Shown one piece after another: positions 58,878 through 64,000 of a DNA stretch of 64,000 nt; position 1 is the stretch's first letter; every line of letters starts with the position of its first letter. The stretch is taken from positions 2,430 to 66,429 of IMG/VR virus record IMGVR_UViG_3300031951_000126; one strand, given 5' to 3'. The translations under genes were made by a program, and so were the position numbers. The notes under the pieces were generated by a model. That model was not told where the DNA came from. It worked only from the letters and a program-made list of their open reading frames with translations, and made no database searches. This DNA comes from a virus.

Positions 58878-59349
58878 GGCCGGTGAGGATTTTGTGTGAG
58901 ATTGCTGTTGCTGTCATCTTAGCGTAGTCGAGCGCCTGAGTCATTGTGCCGTGAGTCTGACCTTCGGGCAGTTCGATTGACTCGTCTCGGTTGAAGTCGT
59001 AGATGGCCTTCTGATTGTTCAGGATGCCGAATAAGACAGCATCGTAGAGTCCATCGAACACGCGGGTCACATCGAGGTAGATGTTGCCTTCATGAGTCCA
59101 TGCTCCGATGTAATCCCATGCAGTCTCTAGCTGAGTCCCGTTGGTTACGATGAAGTCAAGGACGTGCTGCTTGATGTACATTCCCCTGTCACTGCTCGAC
59201 ATGGAATCCCATGTGTCAGGAAGATTGATGACCTTCTCGTGTCCCTGCATTGATGCGGCATAGCCTGAGTTTGGGCTGTCGCCTGTCGTGATGTTGTAGG
59301 TTGCTCCACCCGTGGTAGCAATCTGCGTTGTAAATTGTGCTAAGTTCAT
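58870..59349 (-). CDS. early protein, possible SAM-lyase-like fold
   Basis: GGATYN...GY...IGAW...YLD...AVLFG...QKAIYD. Confidence 0.55.
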   Translation of the reverse strand: MNLAQFTTQIATTGGATYNITTGDSPNSGYAASMQGHEKVINLPDTWDSMSSSDRGMYIKQHVLDFIVTNGTQLETAWDYIGAWTHEGNIYLDVTRVFDGLYDAVLFGILNNQKAIYDFNRDESIELPEGQTHGTMTQALDYAKMTATAISHKILTGHA

Positions 59350-59354
59350 ATTGA

Positions 59355-59690
59355 TTATTTATTTTTGATTTCATTCATTTCGTTGGCTAGTGCTGCTAGG
59401 TTATCCTCGTCGGATTGGAGAGCAAGTTGTCTGAGCATCTGCTCTTCCATGCCGAAGGCTCTAGTGACTAGCTCCATTGTTTCGCCATCCATGGATTGAA
59501 TATCCTTCCATGCATCAGACTCCGTGTCTTCTAGGTCTGCTGCGATTTGGATGTTTGACAGGTGTGTGTACCCGTCGTCAGCAAAGCCCGTGAATTCGCT
59601 CATGTCTTTGCCTGACTCTAGGTGTAGAAGTAAACGACTCGCGTCATCGATGATGAACAGGAGCCTGCGTTTGATTTGTTCTTGCGTCAT
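59355..59690 (-). CDS. early hypothetical protein
   Basis: First gene after promoter 59713. Confidence 0.65.
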   Translation of the reverse strand: MTQEQIKRRLLFIIDDASRLLLHLESGKDMSEFTGFADDGYTHLSNIQIAADLEDTESDAWKDIQSMDGETMELVTRAFGMEEQMLRQLALQSDEDNLAALANEMNEIKNK

Positions 59691-59756
59691 GTTGCTGTTG
59701 TTTTAAGTGGTACAAAAGTATATTAAAGTTTAAATTACACTTGTTAAGAAATGTTA

Positions 59757-59827
59757 ACTCACAGGTAGGGAGGGTGCGAGCCGTTGCCGCTCCCCTCCCC
59801 TCGTTGCATTACGAGCCTGCTGTGAGC
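59757..59827 (-). ncRNA. GC-rich three-way-junction RNA element
   Basis: GCTCACAG/CTGTGAGT closing CTCGT/ACGAG and GGGAGGG/CCCTCCC helices. Confidence 0.5.
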
Positions 59828-59831
59828 AGAG

Positions 59832-59876
59832 AACATGGCAGGGGATTCGAACCCCCGCTTGCTCCATAGCCATGTT
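59832..59876 (-). ncRNA. minimal tRNA-like element C (acceptor stem + T-arm, no anticodon)
   Basis: AACATGGC-TATGGAGCAAGC-GGGGG-TTCGAAT-CCCCT-GCCATGTT. Confidence 0.7.
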
Positions 59877-60060
59877 AGTTGTGCCAACCGCACCCGCCAT
59901 TGTCATGGCGCACCCAATTCTGAGTCGGTGCTGACCGCAGGTGGTCTTGGTAGTTGTTATGACGCGAGGTACTGCATGAACTCATGAGTACAGCCGCTGT
60001 AATGATTGCGGCGATGTAGGCGAGCCAAAGGAGTGGCTCAATGCGAAGTGTGTGTTTCAT
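59875..60060 (-). CDS. small lipoprotein
   Basis: Hydrophobic signal with lipobox LMSS/C. Confidence 0.65.
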   Translation of the reverse strand: MKHTLRIEPLLWLAYIAAIITAAVLMSSCSTSRHNNYQDHLRSAPTQNWVRHDNGGCGWHN

Positions 60061-60287
60061 TTTAGTTGGTCGTTATAGGTGAATATTCCGGAATTAATGT
60101 ACTGCTTGACCTCGGCCTCGTAAGCGTAATGGATGGTCGTGTCAGGAAGAATGATAGTGAACATCGCTCTGCCTGTGTCCTCGTCCTCCCCTTCGTACAC
60201 GATTGTGCCGTCGTCCTGCATCTCTTTGAAGCGCATTTCAGCGTTGTGCTCGTGCAGCATCATGGCTGCGAAGAATAGTATTTTCAT
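60057..60287 (-). CDS. early hypothetical protein
   Basis: 76-aa ORF with A/C-rich initiation region. Confidence 0.6.
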   Translation of the reverse strand: MKILFFAAMMLHEHNAEMRFKEMQDDGTIVYEGEDEDTGRAMFTIILPDTTIHYAYEAEVKQYINSGIFTYNDQLK

Positions 60288-60298
60288 TTGCGTTGTGT

Positions 60299-60532
60299 TT
60301 ATTGTGCTAGTTCATATTGAGCGCTGTGATTACCCTTTGCTTTGTACACGGGTAGCTTTGTTTTGAAGAATTGTTGGATTTTATACACGCTCATCCATTG
60401 AACGTGTTCGTAATAGCCATGAGTAGTTTTTATGTATAGCGTCCACATGTTTTCATTCGACCAATCGCTTGTGTCTTTTACTGCTTGGAGGTTGCCTTCT
60501 ACAACCTCGAATGGTTTGATTCCGTTGTTCAT
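60299..60532 (-). CDS. early hypothetical protein
   Basis: 77-aa ORF. Confidence 0.6.
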   Translation of the reverse strand: MNNGIKPFEVVEGNLQAVKDTSDWSNENMWTLYIKTTHGYYEHVQWMSVYKIQQFFKTKLPVYKAKGNHSAQYELAQ

Positions 60533-60545
60533 AGCTGTGTTGTTT

Positions 60546-60692
60546 TTAAAATGAATTGAGGTGTTCGATTTCGTCGTCGGCTAGGTAGATGATAAGCCCG
60601 TTGCCTAGCTTAATCCAATTCTCGCCTGTGCTTTCGATTGTGAGTCCTACCAACATATCGTTGGCCTGCTCGTTGAGTTTCTGGGTTGTCAT
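60546..60692 (-). CDS. 48-aa early protein (not in ORF track)
   Basis: MTTQKLNEQANDMLVGLTIESTGENWIKLGNGLIIYLADDEIEHLNSF*. Confidence 0.65.
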   Translation of the reverse strand: MTTQKLNEQANDMLVGLTIESTGENWIKLGNGLIIYLADDEIEHLNSF

Positions 60693-60706
60693 GTTATTGT
60701 GTTATT

Positions 60707-60761
60707 GGTAAAGACCACAGGAGACCTGTGGTTTCGGCTATTGAAGCCTCATCAGTTTACC
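60707..60761 (-). ncRNA. hammerhead ribozyme (type I)
   Basis: GGUAAA-CUGAUGA-GGCU(UCAAU)AGCC-GAAA-CCACAGG(UCU)CCUGUGG-UC-UUUACC; complete catalytic core, GUC site. Confidence 0.95.
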
Positions 60762-61094
60762 TTATAGCTCCTGCATGAGCAAGGCGTAGCCAACCTTTGC
60801 CCTTTCCTGCTCGACCTCGCGTGACTTGTTCCTAGCCCAACTGCGGTCTCTAATCCACCATTGGACTAATTCCCTGTTGTCGTCGCTGTTGCTTGCGCCC
60901 CACGTCATAACGTAAGCCCCGTGGAAAGATACCCGCAGGGTCATTTGCAGTGGCATAGCGTCGTCCTTCAGGAGCATCTCGCTTATCTCGACGCGGTAGG
61001 TTATCTCTAGGCCATTGGCCATGTAGATGGTGTCGTTCTCATACTTTGCGACCTGCATTGCGGTCAGTTGCTTAATGAATTCTTGTGTTGTCAT
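60762..61094 (-). CDS. early hypothetical protein
   Basis: 110-aa ORF; stop codon abuts the ribozyme. Confidence 0.7.
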   Translation of the reverse strand: MTTQEFIKQLTAMQVAKYENDTIYMANGLEITYRVEISEMLLKDDAMPLQMTLRVSFHGAYVMTWGASNSDDNRELVQWWIRDRSWARNKSREVEQERAKVGYALLMQEL

Positions 61095-61098
61095 GTTG

Positions 61099-61353
61099 TT
61101 ATAGATTTTGATATTGATATGAATTGATTAGTGCGGGTAGCCATGCTACCTCTACCCCTATCTCGTTGCCCGATTCGAGAGCCTTGTCGAGATGTTCGCG
61201 GGTAAGTATTAGGTCGGCCAACGAACTGCTTTCAGAATCGCTGTCTTCAAAGATTTCGTAGATAGCAAGCGCTCCCGATGAGAATAGTTCCTTGGCTGAG
61301 TCGGTTACGATGAGCCACACGAAGCCTTCTTCTGTGATTTTGATGTTGTCCAT
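61099..61353 (-). CDS. early protein, paralogue of 61522-61761
   Basis: MDNIKITEEGFVWLIVTD...GNEIGVEV. Confidence 0.75.
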   Translation of the reverse strand: MDNIKITEEGFVWLIVTDSAKELFSSGALAIYEIFEDSDSESSSLADLILTREHLDKALESGNEIGVEVAWLPALINSYQYQNL

Positions 61354-61357
61354 GTTG

Positions 61358-61525
61358 TTATTGGTTTGGGTATGTTCCGTATACTTTGTAGTAGCACTGC
61401 TCGCAGTCTGCGTCAGTGCCTTCGCTCTGCTGTACGCATTCATGCAGCAGGACTTCCTTGTCTAGGGAAGAGCCAACCCACAGCCCCGCTGTGAGTATGG
61501 CTACAAAAATGATCGATAGTCTCAT
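61358..61525 (-). CDS. 55-aa exported/TM Cys-containing protein (not in ORF track)
   Basis: MRLSIIFVAILTAGLWVGSSLDKEVLLHECVQQSEGTDADCEQCYYKVYGTYPNQ*; ATGA-coupled. Confidence 0.65.
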   Translation of the reverse strand: MRLSIIFVAILTAGLWVGSSLDKEVLLHECVQQSEGTDADCEQCYYKVYGTYPNQ

Positions 61526-61761
61526 TTCCCGTGTTGGTATTTGTACGAGTCCACGAGAGATGATAATGGCGCAATCTCGACCCCGATGTCGTTGCCTACT
61601 GCCAATGCATCTTGCAGGTCTCTGAAGTTCTCAATAAGCGCCTCAGTGCCGTCATCGTACAGGCGGTAAACCTGCATAGCGTTGCTGTAGTAAAGTTTCT
61701 CTGCTACGTCCGTGACGATGAGCCACACGAAGCCGTCTGCTGTGATTTTGATGTTGTCCAT
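61522..61761 (-). CDS. early protein, paralogue of 61099-61353
   Basis: MDNIKITADGFVWLIVTD...GNDIGVEI. Confidence 0.75.
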   Translation of the reverse strand: MDNIKITADGFVWLIVTDVAEKLYYSNAMQVYRLYDDGTEALIENFRDLQDALAVGNDIGVEIAPLSSLVDSYKYQHGK

Positions 61762-61773
61762 ATTGCTTAGTTG

Positions 61774-62076
61774 TTATTGTTTCCAAAATAGGTTGCTGTT
61801 CATGTTAACTTCGACCTTGCTGTTGTCGGTACATTCATACCATACTCCATCGTGCTTCTCATACCACTCGCCCTCGTCTTCCCAATCCCATTCGGTGTAG
61901 CAGTACGCGCCATCGTCGTATGCCTTGTCAAGGTCTTCGTAGCCAATCTCGTTGGCGTAATTCAGTGCGTCATGCTCATCGATGAAGTACATGAGGTTCT
62001 CTTCGAACAGGTAGCCCTCGTTCATGCCCTCGTTGGTTGCACTGCATATGCGTGCGAATCTCTCAGTTGTTTCCAT
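61774..62076 (-). CDS. early acidic hypothetical protein
   Basis: ARICSATNEGMNEGY...YCYTEW signature. Confidence 0.7.
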   Translation of the reverse strand: METTERFARICSATNEGMNEGYLFEENLMYFIDEHDALNYANEIGYEDLDKAYDDGAYCYTEWDWEDEGEWYEKHDGVWYECTDNSKVEVNMNSNLFWKQ

Positions 62077-62088
62077 AGTGTTGTTGGT

Positions 62089-62376
62089 TTATTGGGCGCA
62101 TAGCGACCATGATTCATATTGTTTCATTGTACGTCCGTTGATGTCTAGCGTAGAGCAGATGAACTTGGCTAGCTTGATTCGGTCTGACTTGGTGTACAAC
62201 CTGTCAGTGCCGATAGCCAATACAACCTCGCGAGGACTCATGCCTAGCACTCGGTAGCAGAACTTAACGTCCTGCCCTAGGAAGAAGTGCTTGGTTGCCT
62301 TGGGTGTTGAACACACTAGCGTCCAATTGTGTTCGAACCCGTAGTTCGATGATGTGATTTCGATTGTTGCTTTCAT
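62089..62376 (-). CDS. early hypothetical protein
   Basis: FFLGQDVKFCYRVLG motif. Confidence 0.7.
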   Translation of the reverse strand: MKATIEITSSNYGFEHNWTLVCSTPKATKHFFLGQDVKFCYRVLGMSPREVVLAIGTDRLYTKSDRIKLAKFICSTLDINGRTMKQYESWSLCAQ

Positions 62377-62377
62377 A

Positions 62378-62563
62378 TTAGTTGATATAGATTGATGTGT
62401 CAGTCATTACTACGTCGTAGCTGTCAAGGTGCAGTCCTTTGGCTATCTTGAGCCATTCTGCCTTGGATTGCTTGATGTGGATGCCGCAGTCAGCGTTGAT
62501 TGCTACGTAGGCATAGAGTGTGCGCTTGGAGCGCAGTGCTTGGATGAATTCTGCGTGGTTCAT
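62378..62563 (-). CDS. early hypothetical protein
   Basis: Start reassigned to MNHAEFI. Confidence 0.6.
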   Translation of the reverse strand: MNHAEFIQALRSKRTLYAYVAINADCGIHIKQSKAEWLKIAKGLHLDSYDVVMTDTSIYIN

Positions 62564-62567
62564 GTTA

Positions 62568-62777
62568 TCAGTATTTGCGACCCCCGTATGAGAGTCTAGT
62601 GTTTTTGAATTGATAGAGCGAAGAGTACTCCGCGCTGTATACCTCAGGTGCAACTACCTCGTAGCCCTTACGCACCATGGAGGCGATGAAGTTTGCTTCA
62701 TGCCTGTCGTCGTTGATTGTCACCACCATGTCGAATGCGAATTTCGACGGGCGGCGGAAGAAGAATCTCTTTCTCAT
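62568..62777 (-). CDS. early hypothetical protein
   Basis: 69-aa ORF in the tiled operon. Confidence 0.6.
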   Translation of the reverse strand: MRKRFFFRRPSKFAFDMVVTINDDRHEANFIASMVRKGYEVVAPEVYSAEYSSLYQFKNTRLSYGGRKY

Positions 62778-62778
62778 G

Positions 62779-62940
62779 TTACTTGGAATTATGAATTTGC
62801 ACGAATAGGTTCAGGCTCAGGTTCAGGCACAGGATAGTCAGCGGCAGTAAGAACCAAATGCCGGCCATTGGCGCAACTATCGAGGTCAGGAAGAAGAACA
62901 GCACCATTGCGAATGATGCGAGGGATTGGAGTGTTTTCAT
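62779..62940 (-). CDS. 53-aa two-TM protein (not in ORF track)
   Basis: MKTLQSLASFAMVLFFFLTSIVAPMAGIWFLLPLTILCLNLSLNLFVQIHNSK*; exactly fills the gap. Confidence 0.65.
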   Translation of the reverse strand: MKTLQSLASFAMVLFFFLTSIVAPMAGIWFLLPLTILCLNLSLNLFVQIHNSK

Positions 62941-63119
62941 TCTTCTCTATCTTTATTAAGTTTGATACGAACGTCGGGTGTGATTTCATTTCGAAGGAAG
63001 TGGAGGAATGCATCCACATATCGCCAATCAATTGGCTCGTTGTTTCTTGCTTTCTTGAATAGCACCTCTTGGTACTGCTCGATGACCGTAGTCAGTTGTT
63101 CTCTCTTTGCTTTTGTCAT
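62937..63119 (-). CDS. early hypothetical protein
   Basis: Start reassigned to MTKAKREQ, downstream of tRNA-like element B. Confidence 0.65.
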   Translation of the reverse strand: MTKAKREQLTTVIEQYQEVLFKKARNNEPIDWRYVDAFLHFLRNEITPDVRIKLNKDREE

Positions 63120-63143
63120 AGCTGTTGATTTTTTAAGTGTTAG

Positions 63144-63187
63144 AAACAGGAGGGGGAATCGAACCCCCTCTTGCACCATGCCTGTTT
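63144..63187 (-). ncRNA. minimal tRNA-like element B
   Basis: AAACAGG-CATGGTGCAAG-AGGGGG-TTCGATT-CCCCCT-CCTGTTT. Confidence 0.7.
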
Positions 63188-63192
63188 ATCGG

Positions 63193-63600
63193 TTATCCGT
63201 ACACCACCTCCCCTAGGAAGACGGTCTGCAATATCACGTCCGCAGTCTCTGCGTCATCGTTCTCCTCAATCAGGTTGAGAAGGTGGCGAATCGGTGTCTC
63301 AGAAATCCTGTCGTACACGTCCTGTAGCTTGATGTCGTGTCTAGTTGCCTCGTTGTAATCCATCAGGAACAACCTGTGGCCATCGCGCAGAATCTGCATC
63401 AGCACGTCCTCATAGCAGATTGCCATTTCAGGAAATGCAGGAGCACCTTCTTTGCCCTGCTTTAGCTTGCTCTTGGCTTCGTCATAGTGCTTTTGGTTGT
63501 ATCGCAGTTCTAGGTCATAACCTGCGATGTAACCTAGTCCGTTGCACATTGCGCTGTGGAAGTGTTGTTGTGCTTCCTCGTTGGTGAAAATAATCTTCAT
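63193..63600 (-). CDS. conserved early phage protein
   Basis: C-terminal DAETADVILQTVFLGEVVYG signature; start MKIIFT. Confidence 0.75.
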   Translation of the reverse strand: MKIIFTNEEAQQHFHSAMCNGLGYIAGYDLELRYNQKHYDEAKSKLKQGKEGAPAFPEMAICYEDVLMQILRDGHRLFLMDYNEATRHDIKLQDVYDRISETPIRHLLNLIEENDDAETADVILQTVFLGEVVYG

Positions 63601-63624
63601 GGTTGTTGTGTTTTTAAGAGTTAG

Positions 63625-63698
63625 AACAACGGGGGGACTCGAACCCCCTGCGAGACTAGCGACCTCGGTCATCTAGGCTTGCCGCACCATGCGTCGTT
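63625..63698 (-). ncRNA. tRNA-like element A with inserted hairpin
   Basis: AACGACG-CATGGTGC...(CTAG..GACC-GA-GGTC.CTAG)...GCA-GGGGG-TTCGAGT-CCCCC-CGTTGTT. Confidence 0.65.
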
Positions 63699-63714
63699 GC
63701 TATAGTTGTATTGA

Positions 63715-63985
63715 ATTTGCGCCGTTGCGCTGTAGTATTGATACACACAGCTACACGTTGTCACATACGCATAGCTGTGCTACTTGTTTACCGCTGTACT
63801 CATCCGCTCTCCCGTTAGGGGTCACCGCGTATAGTCCCAAGACTCGGCTTTTGTAGTCCCCTGCTATTTGCAGGGCTCTCGTTCGTTTAACCTGTAGCTC
63901 CTAACCTTGCTACTGACAGGTTGCCGAATGTTGTCGGCTATTTGCGGGCGAACTCCCGTCGCTTCGTTGCCTAAGCGCTCACCCT
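63715..63985 (-). ncRNA. long structured non-coding leader (may extend beyond the window)
   Basis: No credible ORF; serial hairpins including a 14-bp helix (63745-63780) with three G-U pairs that form only on the minus strand. Confidence 0.5.
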
Positions 63986-64000
63986 CTTTTGATTGTTGCA

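Noticed and set aside
59757-59831. Theta/HDV-like or twister ribozyme after tRNA mimic C
   Set aside because: Helix order is nested rather than double-pseudoknotted, and the conserved catalytic motifs were not found by eye.
61354-61521. Apparent multi-hairpin ncRNA between the paralogous genes
   Set aside because: The interval is exactly filled by an ATGA-coupled 55-aa ORF with a signal peptide and Cys motif (61358-61525); coding explains it better.
63625-63698. Canonical tRNA gene (74 nt with T-arm)
   Set aside because: No 5-bp stem with a 7-nt anticodon loop, no U8, no CCA; kept only as a tRNA-like element.
1-64000. Stop-codon recoding, DGR/retron, CRISPR array, integrase
   Set aside because: Genes are intact in the standard code with TAG and TGA used as stops; no reverse transcriptase, repeat-spacer array or recombinase motifs seen.

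Overview
The window is most of the genome of a tailed dsDNA phage of Bacteroidota, crAss-related in its virion module. It uses the standard genetic code and has host-type TAnnTTTG promoters in front of most transcription units. Layout: (1) 1-877, a chain of very basic micro-proteins. (2) 944-9488, mostly minus strand: small genes, a metallophosphoesterase, a DnaA-C-like HTH protein, an SSB, a VirE-N/PriCT/SF4 primase-helicase and a lambda-O-like initiator. (3) 9565-52265, plus strand: GroES-like proteins, terminase, portal, scaffold, major capsid, ring and muzzle tail proteins, a GNAT, ejected polyvalent proteins with a ferritin gene between them, a tail fibre, holin, CHAP endolysin and a subtilisin. 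(4) 52343-64000, minus strand: a spanin-like pair, NinG, a NinB-like protein, a PD-(D/E)XK nuclease and many small early genes. No DNA polymerase, RNA polymerase, integrase, canonical tRNA, CRISPR array or reverse transcriptase was seen. The most notable content is a layer of non-coding RNA elements. The early operon has a complete hammerhead ribozyme and three anticodon-less tRNA-elbow mimics at gene junctions, plus a long structured leader. Two sequence-unrelated three-hairpin RNAs each have a first loop complementary to their own terminator loop. A small promoter-to-terminator RNA is antisense to the start regions of several phage genes. All protein and RNA calls were made by eye from motifs, base-pairing and synteny; no searches were run.
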